Part shown: in pieces, positions 27,101 to 40,465 of the stretch | How the letters are laid out: every line of letters starts with the position of its first letter | How positions within the stretch are numbered: position 1 is the stretch's first letter | Assembly (NCBI GenBank): GCA_012295275.1 | Contig: CM022672.1 | Coordinates: forward strand, 12,958,001-13,022,000 | Length of the DNA stretch: 64,000 nucleotides | Origin: Chrysomallon squamiferum | Lineage: Eukaryota > Animalia > Mollusca | Reading direction: 5' to 3' | Made by a program: the position numbers and the translations under genes | Notes under the pieces: model-generated | Database searches by the model: none | Told to the model about the DNA's origin: nothing | What the model saw: only the letters and a program-made list of their open reading frames with translations

Positions 27101-28298
27101 GTCTTCTGGTTTTATTCAATACTGAACAATAACCTTTGCTTATCTGAACAATTATGATCATGTTTTAAAGTTCTAACAAATTAAATTTTAACTGACTGAA
27201 GAACGCACATCAAGAAAAAAAAAAGAAAAACAGTGAAAGAAATTTGAGTGGATTGTGAAAACTTTCAGAAACAGTTTAATTTTTCCAGTTTGTTGGTAAG
27301 TTGTCACACACATAATCATATCCTAAGAATAAGCTTAGAAAATTTTATATTTATTATATATATATATATATATATATAGTAATAATTTAAAATATAACAT
27401 TCGTAAGATATATCTTTACCTTAAACAAAAAGATAGTTACTCCACTAAAAGCAAAGCATTTATTAAAACAAATTATTTCACAAGATAACTGAATTATTAA
27501 GCTTAATATGATCACCTATGTTGAACTTGCTGAAGCGACGTCTTGGGGTGCTGGTTCTAGATGGTGAGTCATCTTCAGCAGCAGATATGCTTGTCCGAGG
27601 ACTGAGTTTGCCATGTCCCAGATCATCTACAACCTCCGAGTCACTAGCAGCATACTGAAACATCAGTGACTGGAAAAAACATAAAGAAAATACTGTTAAG
27701 AACAATAATTATTATGAAACAAAAACAATCAGAGATTACAGATTTTAAAAAATTACTTAAATACAACAAACAGATATATTTAACATTGCTAAATTAAAGC
27801 TTCAAAATGTCAAGAGTAAGAAGATTTTAAAAGATTTTTGTGTAAGTGTTTGTATCTAACAACAGGTGTATTTGACTGATTTATCTATTAACCTTTTTGA
27901 TTTTCTTTCTGAACAGTGATCTTCGTGACTTGCCACCTGTATGATGTTCCTCAGAGGTAACTATTCCAGGTGATCTCAACTCATCCCCACTTTCAGATGT
28001 GATGGAAGTAGCTCTACTGAAAAACAAATACATATACACTTCATACATACACATCCACATATATAATGACTAGTAGAAATTGTTTTGTTTGTCTTTTACC
28101 AATTTTTTTTTTTATATATATATTTCTTCAAATAGTATAACATTACATTAGTATGTTACTATCAACAAATGTGAACATTTCTATTTATTTTGATTAACCA
28201 GATACAGGTCTCCAGGATATAAAATTTTTGCTGTAAATGTACCATTAAGAAATACAGTACATATTTTCTTTCTAAAATTATAAAATATTATGTATGTG

Positions 28299-28361
<63 letters not shown>

Positions 28362-31300
28362 ATTCATGCATTCATGAGTATTTCTAATCACCTGACAGGT
28401 TTCACCAGTTTGGTTCTGATGTCTCTTTCTTTTTCCACTTGACGCCGTTTCAGCTTCTGAAGAGAATCCAACAAACCACTCAGAGCAATTTTGCGAAACT
28501 GACCTCCATGAACTTCCTTGATGTAAGACATTAACTGACGAACATCACAAAACAATCCCTGAAAATAAGCAAAGAAAAAATTAATTAAATAAAACAATTA
28601 AGTTTAATCCATTGAATGGTTTCAAATCCAAAACTTGTGCTATTTCAAAAACATCATGTTATAATGAAAAAAAATTAAAATGTGTGATGTATCATTCCAA
28701 AAATGTTATAAGAATAATATGTGCAAATTTGCGGTCACTAAATTTATGTTTTGTTAACTTTTATTTATTAATAATTTGTCTACTTAAAAAAAAATAAAAT
28801 TTTGAATCATGAATGTTTATTCAATGTTATCAATGTATGAATACATGACTGTAATTAATAGAAATAATTTAATTTTTATCAGAAATATTTTTGGTGCTAT
28901 TTTCACATCTTCTTGCAAAACTAGAGAATTGTATACATTAATTTGTATAAAATTAAATAAAATTAAATAAAATCTAAACATACAATATTTTCATGGCCGT
29001 ATAGTTCAGAAACACAGTCAACACATCTGGAGACAAATGGCTTGACAAGATTAGCTATCAGAACACCTTCCACACCCCTGTACCCTTCACCATTTATACT
29101 GTGACCAAAATTGTTAGCATAGCCATTCCTTGGTAAATTCTCCTGAGACACAGATTTCTTCTGAGCTGTAAAGTTATATAATGAAAAGGAAAATGGTTTA
29201 ACAGTTTATCCACATTTCTAACACAGAACAGCTTTACTTATAAGCAAAGTTATTTATGAACAACAAATCCTGAAGAAAAAAATTATTTAAATTTCAAGTA
29301 TTAAAAAATCTTTTACAAAATAAGCATAAGTTGCTGATATTAATATCTTTTAAAATGACGTGATAAAAATAATAATAATAAAAAAATATAATGTCTGTAA
29401 ACAAAAAGAATAAAATTACACAAAAGTTTAAAATATTCAAGTAACACATACGTAATGGTGACTGCAGAACTGTAGTTGGGTCAATGCAGAATCCAAGGAA
29501 TGCATGAAGAGAGTCAACAGTTTCCTGCAAATGTCTGTGTTTTACTATGTCTCGAAGAAACTTGCGGAAAAGAGGTGGGTTTCTGCGATACAACTGTTGT
29601 AAACAGTTCTGTCCTTTGATTCTCAGGTGATCACCTTGTGCGCCAATTATGCCATCACCACAGCCATGTGGACAGCCAAGATGTTGATAGATCCTGAATT
29701 TAAATTATTTCATTACTGACTGTTTATTAAAGAACAAGAATGTATATTTATTACGGTGTCTTGCAAAAAGGTCATGTTTATCACAGCAAGAATTTAAAAC
29801 ATGCTGATAATAATTAATCTGATTTTTCAATTATTTAGCCTTCTTTTGTTGACTTAATAAAAACAGGTGTTCAAAGCATATGTATATATATCTATTATAT
29901 TTCTTCTCAATTTACTTACTGTAAACTTAATTCAGCCAAACTTATAAAAGTAGTTATTTGAGAACTAAACTTAAAATTACTGTAATTAATTAATATCCAC
30001 AGCATTACCTAATGTCAAGAACAACTGTAAAAAGTGAATTTAGTAAGATTCTCTAACCTGAAAAGGCTTTCCATGGCAAGACTGTGTGCTGTTATCTCGT
30101 CATGATCTTTCGCTAACCCTTTTGGAGGTGGTGTTTTACCTTCTGGTGTGTCTGCACTTTCTGGGGTGATTGGTGACTTGAGTGGAGTGCTGGATCTGTT
30201 GGATTCAATGATATCAAGGTCAAGCAGACAGTTGAGAATGTTGAGGAGAACTTCACAGATCCGTGGCGATCTCTCGTTCATAGACACAAAGTGTACAGCT
30301 CGAAGCACAACTTTGTAGTTGATGTGACCATTGTCCTGTTCAAAAGATGGAAAATAATCTACACTAGATCTCATATGACTTATGAGGACATATATAGAGC
30401 TAATAAATAAAAATGATTCAGGATTTTTTAATATTTGTGGCACTGTGAATAGTTAAATAAATGGAAACTATTTATCACTAAAACCTTATTTTAATGTAAA
30501 TTGTTCATTTTAAATATTGCTGTTTTTAAATAACCTGAAGAAAGTATGTATGTCTGCACAATATTATAAATTAGTCTAATATTAAATACCTGAATATAGT
30601 GTTTTGATCCTGAAACTTCTTGGATTTCATCATCATGTTTGTAACAGATATTTGAGTCTGTCATGCTTCGAGGTAATTCTGGTGATGATTCTTTCTTGGT
30701 TGCATTAACAGGTCCAGCAAGTTCATAGTTTGATGTTGACATAGTCTTTGGTTCTGGGCTGTGCTCAGTGATTGTGATGATGGGTTTCTTAACAATCTCC
30801 GAACGAATGTTAAGATCATTCTGTGAGGAGTTGGATGAATCCTGACCACTCTGTAGTCCACTGCTACACAAACTCTCTTTGTCTGACTGTGGCAGAGTGG
30901 GCATGCTTTTGCGCTGAGCACTGTATGCAGACACCAAACCACCATACCGTTCTTCTCTGTCCCTGGTTCCATAACTTCCAATTGCCGAGTTTGGTCGTAC
31001 CATTTCTGGTTCTGTATCCATTGTTGAGACAGTGCAAGAACTAGAAGAATCATCTCGAGTTCCTCGAGAAAAGATATGCCCACTTCCAGTAGTGTGATCA
31101 TGTTTTGATGTCTTTGATGACAAAGATCCACTTTCTTCTACATCTCCATTTTCTTTTCTCCTTAGCAATGACTTCCCTGTGTCAAAGAACTGCCTTAGTT
31201 CCACCACACGAATTTTCTTGTAAGGTGGTTCTCTCCTTATTTCAGGACTGCTACATGTAGTCATGGGTCCTGGATGACCTGAATTTGCATTAGAAGGAAG

Positions 31301-34300
31301 TTTTGGTGATGGTGATCTTGAATCAGGGCTCTGAACAGGTGTAAATCCACTTGACCGCTCATCTGGAGTGGACACTTTACTCTGAAGAACCTGCAACACT
31401 GGAATGGGAAGAGATTTGCTCCGTGATCTTTCCATGTGCTCCATGCGATTCTGCTCATCACACACTTCAAGTGTTCTTTGATGGACGTATCGTAAGGCCC
31501 AGTATATTCCATCCTCATTCCAGTTGAGACAAAAAAGACATCTTAAAACAGCTACATCAAAATAGCTGGCACTCAGCAAATCTGGAGCTTCTGGTGCTCC
31601 AGGTACTGTTCTCCCACTTGCAACAGCACTGGCCAACTGCTGCTTTACATAGTCCTTATCAACACCTGATGTCAACTTTTGGAATGCATATGACTTTGAA
31701 TCAGGAAGAAAGGCAACAAGGGAATCCTTCTGGCCACATTTGCATATCATGGGACCATCACTGGTCTTCAAGGGCATCACAGTGTTGCAGTTCTCACAAA
31801 GAACTTCCATTGTAGCTGTCTGAGATTCAGAAGCAGCTGCTGACAAGGCACAGATGTCACTCATTCTGGCAATGGGAGCAAGAGGAGATTGGGACTCATG
31901 GATGCTGGTTCTGAACAAAAATGTATGTATATTTCCATTAAGAATGTACCCGTTAATCTGTTTACCATTCCAGCCATTTCCCATGAATATTTAATTTATT
32001 TATTTTTTTGTTTCTTTAATTAATTCCTTTAAAAATAAAAGTAATTAAAATAGTTTATCATAAATAGATTTTATCTCAGATTAACATCTATAACATTCTA
32101 AAAAGAGAAAAGGCTTATTTTATAATTAGTAAAAGAAACTGATTAAGTATAACAATATTTTTTTTTTGGTTTTTGGTTTACCTGCTAGGAGGTTCAGGAC
32201 ATGAAAAGAAAAGATTCTCTCTAGAAGTTCCCTTTCCAATGTAAATATTTGCAGCATTTGTATTAACCTAAAATAAAGGAAAAACATTTTTAATTCAGGT
32301 ATGTATTTATATGTGCGTGTGTATATTGAAACATATGAAAATCTAAATTAAATAAATAATCGTTTACTGATACTGATATTGTATTTCAAGAGTTACAAGA
32401 TTATAATTTGCTAATGGAAAGCTATAAGAACTTACCTTCAAAAGATTCCTCTGTGCCTTCAGAACACTGCGCTGTGGTTTAACAGGGGTAGAGAAACATG
32501 GAATATCTGGTTGACGATAATCCCACAGTGGTTGCCACAGAGTCAGGCCATTCTCAAGCTTCAGAGAATCAAAATCAGAATCTTTCATGGTATGAATCAA
32601 TGGTGCAAACAGGTACACAAACAGCTGAATGGTTCCAATAGGATGCATGTAGTTCTGAGGACTGTTGGCGCGTTCTTTGTTCCTCTCTGCATCAGCATCC
32701 TCACATTCAGAAGCAGCATCCAACATTATCCAATGAAGGGTGTAGAGCAGTTTAGTCTCACTGCTACTGAAAGGCTGGTCAGGGTGGTCTTGTTTGCGCT
32801 TAAGAAGCAGATTGGAACATGCATGCATCAAGTGTGGAAAGGCTGCTTGGATTGTTTTCCATCGTGACACACTCTGAATAGCTTCACACAGGCTTGGAGA
32901 CAGACCATGCAAGATATTCTGCACAACAACTCTTTCGAATGACTAGAAATGTAACATACAAAAAAATATTTTAAAATGTTTAAAATATATTGATTTACTT
33001 TAATTTAACAATTTTTTTTTTGGTAAAATCAGCATCATTTTCTTTTCCTATTTTTTTTTCCTATTTTTTATAATAATAATAATTATTATTATTTTTAAAT
33101 TTAATGAAACATACTGAAAATTAGGTTTAGACTTAAAGAATCGTTATATCAAAATCTAGGAATAAAAAACAATCCTGATCATCACACAGATCTAATATTT
33201 AATAGTGTACTGAAAATGGGAGTTTTTTTTTTTTTTTTTGATTTAACTGTTGAAATATCAATATTTATGTTTAAATTTTTTTTTTTTTTAAACATCCAAA
33301 ACCTCACCTGTATTCTTTACATAACAAAAAAAGTGTCATTTACATTAATATAAATGCAAGTTCTTCAGAACTAATTTACATGCAGGCTTTTGTTTGGTTA
33401 AACAGTTCATTTGTGTTTTATTTACATATTTTGTTCAATTACTAATGTAATTAATATAATGTATAATAAATAAAACTATTCTTGGACAATACTCAGTATT
33501 ATAGAACAGTTCAGTATAAAATTAATGTGCCTAACTTTTATGATTAAATAACAGTATGTGTATGTATATATCTATATATGTATGTGTGTGCATGTGTTTG
33601 TGTGTGTATATATAATTTGTGAATCCTAAAATAATGATATTTTTATCTATTTTGTAAAATATGATTTTTTTTCTTTTCTTATGTATGATACATTGATAAT
33701 AAATGTTTTTGCATAAAATATCAGTTTGCATTATCACTGTCCTGTCCTTGGCACTAAATTTTTCAGAGAAAATAAACAGTAACTGCAGACATTGTAACAA
33801 GACCAATGCTGATGAGTTGGTAGAAACATTGATCTGTGCAGTACACAGAACTAACTAATCAATACTGTGGTTTATTTTGGAGACTGGCTTCAGACAAGAT
33901 CCATAAAGCTGACAGCACCTCACTGGACTTAAGTAACTGTTCCCATGGCAACCAAAATTATATAACACTACATATTAAAAAGAAACCTTTACAAAAAAAA
34001 TCTTTCTGTAGATGGTATTACATATTATAATTGCTCTTTGATTATTTTCTTCTTTGCCCATGAATTATTTTGTGAAGGTTTTTTTATTTGTTTTATTTAT
34101 TTAAATTTTATTTTATTTTATTTTAATATTTTAAAATTTGTTTATGTTTTTCAAACTAATTTAACTGACAAAAAGTTTTACTGATTTAATTTAAAATCCC
34201 TTAATGTGGATTTAACTGGTTTCCTTGTGATTTTCTAGTTGAATATTTCAGTTACATTGCAGATACATGATTAAGGTGTTTTTTGATTTCATAATACATA

Positions 34301-34354
34301 CACTGTTTTACACTGCAAACATTTTCAAGTAGAAAGCTTGAACAATATTTTATG

Positions 34355-34417
<63 letters not shown>

Positions 34418-35151
34418 AGTAGTATTATAATGAACCATAAAGATATATGTACAACACACTGTTTCACACATTTACTTAATAGGGAATTCTTTAAAACTAG
34501 TTATTTTATAACAAAATTTAAAAAATAAGAAATACTCTGACTGTTTTTTCTCCTCACAAGAAGTGAATGTTAAAAATATACATTATGGTACAACAGCTGT
34601 ACTACTTACCACACAAGAAGCTTCACACAGATTAGCCTGATTTGGTCGGATGAATGGACTGAAAAACAATCAAATATAATTTTTATAAATCATCAATAGC
34701 ATTGAAGAAAACAAATTAGAAATTTTCTTTACTAAACAAATAAACAATTAAAATATATGAATGCAAAAAATGTATAACACGGATTAATTAAATGATGAGT
34801 GTTTAATCACAAAGTTTTCATTCCTTCAGCAGTTTTCTACCTTCATATTTAATTTCTCAGTTCATTTATTTCTGTGGCTTTCTCTTCTTTCTCATTAATC
34901 AATTTAGAAAACTGAAATGTCCCTAGTGCTGAATTGTTAGTATGTTACAAACAGTAATGAACATTTTTATTTCTTTTAACCAGACAAATACACATTCCCA
35001 GACTGTAAAATGGGGTGTGTTTGTTGTTGTTGTTTTTTTAATTGTTATTTGATTTGTCATCATTATTTTTTTTTTAACATTTTAATATATACATATATAT
35101 ATATATAAAATTATTTGTATAGTTTACTGCATTAACAAACATGTTATATGC

Positions 35152-35183
<32 letters not shown>

Positions 35184-36553
35184 ATATAAACAAATTATTT
35201 TTTTTTAATTATCTAACGGAACCCCTTTTGGAACAATTTATTTATTTATTTATTTGGCAAAAGAGAGTTGTTGTCATTTGTTTTATTTAGTTGCTTTTTT
35301 TTTGGGGGTTGTTCCATATTCAACTTCATTAATGTAAATAAGTACATATTTGACACAAGAAACCACCAAAATGATGTCATCATAGAATTAACCTTTGTAA
35401 TTTATTTAACACTGTTCATCATTTGCTTATTATCAGATTTACTTAATATCCTTTTCAGCTTTTCACCATTTTGTTGTGTTTAACTTTGTTTGACACCCAA
35501 TAGCTGATATTTGTTTTTGTGCTGGGGTGTTGTTAAATATTCATTCATTCATTCATTTCTTTTCAGCCTGTTCATGTTGGTTCTATTTCATTTCAATTGA
35601 AATCCCTTTAAATTTCATGTTTTGCCCAGAGCCTATTCATATACAATCAACAAACAAGTAATAAAATTAAAAATTAAAAATTAATAATCTGCATGTTTGT
35701 AGACTGATCATTTGAACTCCCAAAATTGTGCATCATTATAAATAATACCACAAATCTGAGATCCTCAGATTAACATGACAAAAACTGCCCATTCAGATTG
35801 GTTGGTGATGAGGATCACATGACCAAAATGGGCATTTTAGATTGGATAGTGAAGTGGCTTAATTTCAGTGAAAATAAGAAAGCAGGATCACTTGCCAAAA
35901 ATGGATGCCTCAGATTGGTTAATGATTACTAATGTTGGTAAAAAGGAATTAATTTTGTTAATGTTTGGCATAATATGTTATGGGGGATATTCTTTTATTT
36001 ATTTATTTATTTATTTATTTATTTTTTTATTATTATTTTTTTTTTTTTTTTTTTTTTTTTAGTAGAACCATTTAAATGAATTTTTTTTGGTGTGGGGGGC
36101 GAGTTGTTAGTATTATTTTCAACCGTGCTAAGTAGTTCCTTTGATATAGTCTAAATATAATATAATCTTTATCACACCTTGAATTAAACGTCGATCAGAC
36201 CTTGAATTAAACGTCTTAACAGTTTTTCATATGTAATATGCTTAAGTCAGAAATCAGTTTTCACCATAAATAGGTTATATAATTAGCAAAAATAAATTGA
36301 TTATTAAAAAGAAGCAACAGGTTGATTATGGATATCCGAACAAGACACATCGATAAAAAAAATATATATGTATATAAAAATATGTTAAAAGATATTTTGA
36401 AATTTAACATTCAAAGTATTTACATACTATATTTACAAATAATAATTATAAAATAATTTACCTGGTTTGTCTCCAGAAAAACGTTTGGATTGGAAGAGGC
36501 ACCGACTGGTCCCCTTCCATATCATCTCCACCGAGTTTCTTTCTCTTCGTCAT
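1..36553 (-). CDS. unc80: Protein unc-80 homolog (NALCN channel auxiliary subunit), multi-exon, 3' end beyond window
   Basis: Spliced translation starts [65 protein letters not shown] and contains UNC80 hallmarks ([91 protein letters not shown]). Coding exons in transcript order, all phases compatible: 36462-36553, 34610-34658, 32436-32942, 32182-32267, 30590-31910, 30058-30335, 29452-29693, 28984-29165, 28392-28558, 27893-28016, 27516-27669, 26793-27020, 26175-26353, 25718-25933, 25190-25325, 24450-24695, 23887-24012, 23292-23417, 22813-23015, 22244-22450, 20728-20904, 19866-20004, 19301-19409, 18622-18694, 18095-18229, 17609-17795, 14201-14329, 12565-12699, 11596-11696, 11326-11412, 10632-10715, 10273-10341, 9649-9747, 9251-9347, 8524-8645, 7890-7967, 7530-7637, 6974-7018, 6510-6694, 5898-6096, 5121-5228, 4665-4775, 4053-4210, 3746-3859, 3196-3412, 2721-2800, 2134-2257, 1663-1702, 1220-1275, 722-877, 197-320, then an acceptor at 3-4. 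Confidence 0.97.
2258..2720 (-). other. GC-AG intron in unc-80 with weak donor
   Basis: TTACAGAG|gcaaaa ... tcacag|ATACATG gives [15 protein letters not shown]; no GT donor nearby. Confidence 0.75.
3959..4021. repeat. (GATA)n(GACA)n microsatellite
   Basis: Direct reading. Confidence 0.95.
8019..8460. repeat. Degenerate local duplication in unc-80 intron
   Basis: GAATGTTTAAAG[AC]TACACTAGCACACAAAATT at ~8019 and ~8187; TACCATTTTAA...ATATTAAT...AACAGTA.TGCT at ~8082 and ~8377. Confidence 0.75.
10731..11020. repeat. 96-bp minisatellite, three near-identical copies, decaying into ACTGAAAT subrepeats to ~11200
   Basis: Units begin ACATCATCTCACAAGAC at 10731, 10827, 10923; explains the 32-aa periodic ORF 10678..11022. 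Confidence 0.95.
14201..14329 (-). CDS. unc80: unc-80 symmetric phase-1 exon, probable cassette exon
   Basis: ccacactag|CAACACAA...AATGAAG|gtatct; 129 nt; [43 protein letters not shown]; frame is preserved whether included or skipped; resembles the RRLSVSP...RRGSVW segment I recall at this position in vertebrate UNC80. Confidence 0.8.
14935..14940 (-). CDS. unc80: Candidate 6-nt microexon of unc-80 (CACTGA)
   Basis: Minus strand ...gtgcatgctcttttgtggcatttttgtgtgccccattccctggtttcactctgctgttgtgacacgtccctcag|CACTGA|gtaaatg; frame-preserving between phase-1 exons, no in-frame stop. Confidence 0.55.
   Translation of the reverse strand, partial: H
20471..20590. repeat. (ATGG)n-rich microsatellite
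   Basis: Direct reading. Confidence 0.9.
22451..22812 (-). other. GC-AG intron in unc-80
   Basis: TGGATCAAG|gcaagt ... tttcag|GTGGTAATT joins NLPWIK to VVIQLAN; strong GC-donor consensus. Confidence 0.88.
24138..24176. repeat. (CA)n microsatellite
   Basis: Direct reading. Confidence 0.95.
28303..28360. repeat. (TG)n microsatellite
   Basis: Direct reading. Confidence 0.95.
30590..31910 (-). CDS. unc80: unc-80 largest coding exon (exon 5, 1321 bp)
   Basis: Inside ORF 30491..31984; canonical AG/GT ends; contains [28 protein letters not shown] and [11 protein letters not shown]. Confidence 0.93.
32436..32942 (-). CDS. unc80: unc-80 exon 3 (UNC80 N-terminal domain)
   Basis: [37 protein letters not shown]...[17 protein letters not shown]; canonical splice sites, 169 codons. 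Confidence 0.95.
34356..34414. repeat. (CA)n microsatellite
   Basis: Direct reading. Confidence 0.95.
35481..35560 (+). mobile_element. Fragment of a SINE-like interspersed repeat with (TTCA)n tail
   Basis: GACACCCAATAGC...GCTGGGGTGT hairpin followed by TTCATTCATTCATTCA; resembles a high-copy gastropod repeat from memory only. Confidence 0.45.
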
Positions 36554-36809
36554 TTTGAAGAATATTTAAACACAAACCAAATCAGAAAAATATCGTGCCT
36601 GTGCACCAGTAACACCAAAATTCCATCCCCGTCCCATCATAAATACAGGGAATGATATTCTTCGTCGATTAGGTTATTTCACATCTTCTACTGTGTTCAT
36701 CCTTCCGTATCGAATCTTCATCTTCATACAAACTACTTTCTAAAAGCTGTATTGTCAATAAGCGGCTGTTGACGTCCATCGGTATTCTTAGTTATTTTGG
36801 ACATATTTC

Positions 36810-36867
<58 letters not shown>
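36810..36867. repeat. (TAA)n microsatellite just upstream of unc-80
   Basis: Direct reading. Confidence 0.95.
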
Positions 36868-36869
<2 letters not shown>

Positions 36870-36989
36870 TGCAGTCAAATGTCAGTTTTAATTAATATGT
36901 TTGTTTGCTTATTTATCATAATAATGAATATTTATTTATTCATTTATTTATATACTTATTTACTTGCTAACTTATCTGTTATAATGATG

Positions 36990-37021
<32 letters not shown>

Positions 37022-38175
37022 TTTCCTATCGATTTAAAATAGATTTTAAAAAGAATAATAATGACACCACTTAGATGTTGTTGTTGTTCTTTTTACTGCG
37101 AAAAATAATACACCGTAAATTTCTCAATTTTTAAATTTATGTAATTTCTAACAATAATAATAATAATTTAAAAAAAAAAAAAAAAAAAAGAAACAACAAA
37201 GAAATATTGTGATAGGCGCACTCTTAATCGATGCAAATGCTATTTTGGTACAAAAAAATGAAGAAGAAGGAATAATGTTGTCGCGGATGTTATTGTCATT
37301 GTTGTGTTGTAACACTATGTTCAATGTGTTTTTTTCTTTCTTACTTACTTTCTTTTTTTCTTACTTACTTTCTTTCTTTCTTTCTTTATTTATTTCTTTA
37401 TTTTATTTTATTTATATATTGTTTGTTATTATTTTTTTTTTTTTTCCAATATAAATAAATAAATAAATACATTTTAGTTGGGCGCATCCTTTTAATTTTT
37501 CTCTTTTTTTTTTTTTTAATTTAATTTTTTTCAGCTTTATTCTTTTTTATTTATTTATTTTATTAGTCATTATTATTATTATAGAGTTAACAAAAATCAG
37601 TCCACCGCAGGGATAGCTTTTCTCTATTCTGTAATGCTGAATTCGTTCCGAACTGTAGAGGCCACTACAAACAAAAATAGCATAATATTAAAAAAACTGA
37701 AATCATGTTTATCCCTTAAGAACAACAATAACAAAAACAACAGCAACAACAGCAACAATAACAGCAACAACAATAACAATAATAAGAAGAAGAAGATGAT
37801 GATGAATTTAGTATAAATAATCAGAAAAAGAGAGAAAATACGCTTGGAGGTAATTTGAATGAAACTTCTTATTAAATTTCTTTCTTTCTTTTTTAACGAT
37901 TTTAAGCAAAAGTGTATAAAAGTTCTAACAGATACCCTTTGAAATGATGTTTTTCATCAAAAAGAAAGAAAGAAGTAATTTTAAAAATTATATTTTTATT
38001 GTTATTATTTTTTAAAAGGAAAAGAAAGAATAAAACATTCTAAAGACTTAAAAATATTGTACCTGTTATTATTATAATTTATGACATACACACAACATAT
38101 TCTTAGAGGAAAAAAGAAAAGTTCAGAATTAATAAATATTAATTTTACAGAAATTATGGAACTATTTTTGAGAAC

Positions 38176-38210
<35 letters not shown>

Positions 38211-40394
38211 ATATATATATTTTTTTAATAGTCCGTTATTAAATCGATATGTCTAACCATAAATAATAATAAAAATAAAAATATGAATTCATTTATTTAA
38301 AAAAAACACAAAAAAAAACAATAACAGTTAGCCTAAGGGAGATTCAATCCAATGCGATGCGATTTATTTGTAAAACAGAAGTCGGTAATAGATAACACAA
38401 CCCTGTTTAGCATTATTTAATCATCCTCCTAGCAATGTTATTATTTAAATATAAAAAAAAAAAAAAATAGTGGTTGATCGATGTGTGGTGTTTTAAAATA
38501 GCAGCCGAAGGTAATTTTAGAAACGGTAGAGATAATATTCAGCTTGGGCACCTATGCACCCGAGAATTAATATAGGGTGCGCAAAATACTTTAGAAAATC
38601 AACCTGGAACCGTGTATTATGTTTTGTATATGTCGTTTGGTAAATCTACTGAATAGCACGTTTTTCTCTACGAGCATGATTATGTATATTGTGCGAATAC
38701 ACTCTATGTCTGTTTTTTAGTGTTAACATCCTTTTATTGTTCAGATCCATAAAAGTATATATATAGATACATTTGTTTTATATCTAGCATTAACTTAATA
38801 TGCGTCTGGCATATAAAAATGGAAAGTGTCGTAACTCTTAATTCAAAATTGCCAAATGCAAAGAAAAAAAATTATTTATTTATTTATTTATTTTTTATTA
38901 ATATATATTTTTTTTATTTTACTTTTTTATTATTAATATTTTTTTTTTTTTTTTTTTTTTTATGGGCCAAACTGTAAACATATTTGTTTCTTAAACGTGT
39001 CCTTTAATGTAGAAAAATGTAAAGATGTAAACACACACATACACGTACATCTGTATTCCATTACCGATTTCAGTTTTCAGTAAGCTGTATATTATAATTA
39101 TACATTATTCATCAATAAACATATTTAAAAATCCATCAAGAGCTAATGTATTGTGACATTCCAGCTTATAGATATTTCGTTGGCAACATGCGACAAAACC
39201 AGTGAAAACATTTTGCCTAATTGTTAAATTAATAAGAATAAGAAAGAAAGAAAGAAAGAAAGTCAAAATACAAATTAAAACAGATACTAATTATCTCTCT
39301 GTCTCTCGCTCTTTACATATATATATTAATCCATTTATTGAAAATATCGGTACAGTATACATCGTATAGGATAGCATTATTTTATGAGCTGTTTCTTTTT
39401 CTCAGTGATACATTTATACCAAGTTATGTCTGTACGGGTTGATTAATGTACCATTTACATTATCTGTTAACTTTTGCTTTCTTTATCCAAAAGGATATTA
39501 CTACTTTCTATTTAATTATATATGTAGAAAGTATGATATGCAATGATGGAAGGACTTTTCGGTTTACAGCGTATGCTTAAAATTTATATCAGCATGGCGT
39601 CAGAGACGTTTACTAAGTATTCTTTGTCAAGTTTCTAGCATTTAAAATTATTATTTTCCTTCTCTAATTATATGTGCATATTTTACTCAGCTCTTATAAG
39701 CAACATATGTACGAAGTTATTTTTCCATAAATAAATTTCTTTAATTAATTAATAGCTTGTACAAGAAGGTGATTTAGTTGGTAGTCTCGGTAAATCGGTA
39801 CGTACTGCTGCAGTTTTGAAGAGCGTGTGTAATGCGTTATTTCCGTGTAAGAGGCCTTTATCCACTGAGACTTATTTTTGGACTTGCTTATCCTTAGTTT
39901 CTAAAACCTATTTCCATCACTGACGATACGATTCGTATACAACATGACAAGAAAAGCATAAAATGCTTGTGTTATTCATTTTTTCTCATTACTAAATTAA
40001 TACTGTAGGCGTACTAATATTTTTAGTCCAACTGTTTATGGTTTACGCATAATTCCTATTACCGTTTCATTTCTTCATCCTAGTCAGTAGTTGATTGTGT
40101 ACCAAAATCAGATTTATTTCGTAAGTAATTAGGATGTACAGTTATTAATAGCAAATGATAAAAAAAAAACCTCCGATATGCTGTATATCACGTTTAAACG
40201 ATCAGCCGAAAACCTAACATTCGCAAATACATTTAACAAATATATTCAAAGCGGAATCACTGACACTATATTATCATTAAGTGATATTCTGTGGATGCCA
40301 GCTGATCAAACTATGCAAATGATTGCAGTCCGCTAGGCTACAGACGTTAGAGTAATTCCATAACATGAAATAAACGGTTCTCTCAGTCGCAAGG

Positions 40395-40465
40395 CCCCGT
40401 GCCGCCACTATGGCGCCATTTCTCCTTCAATCCGCCAAAACGTCTTCAGTGTATTCCCGCCAATT
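40395..40465. promoter_or_regulatory. E2F/YY1-like motif cluster
   Basis: TGGCGCCATT (40411), TCCGCCAAAA (40431), TTCCCGCCAA (40454) in a short GC-rich patch. Confidence 0.4.

Noticed and set aside
30661-31815. Overlapping alternative-frame and antisense ORFs in unc-80 exon 5 (similarly within the zinc-finger exon)
   Set aside because: Typical shadow ORFs of long coding exons; no independent motifs.
38547-38582. Short inverted repeat GCACCC...GGGTGC
   Set aside because: Too short and imperfect to call an element.
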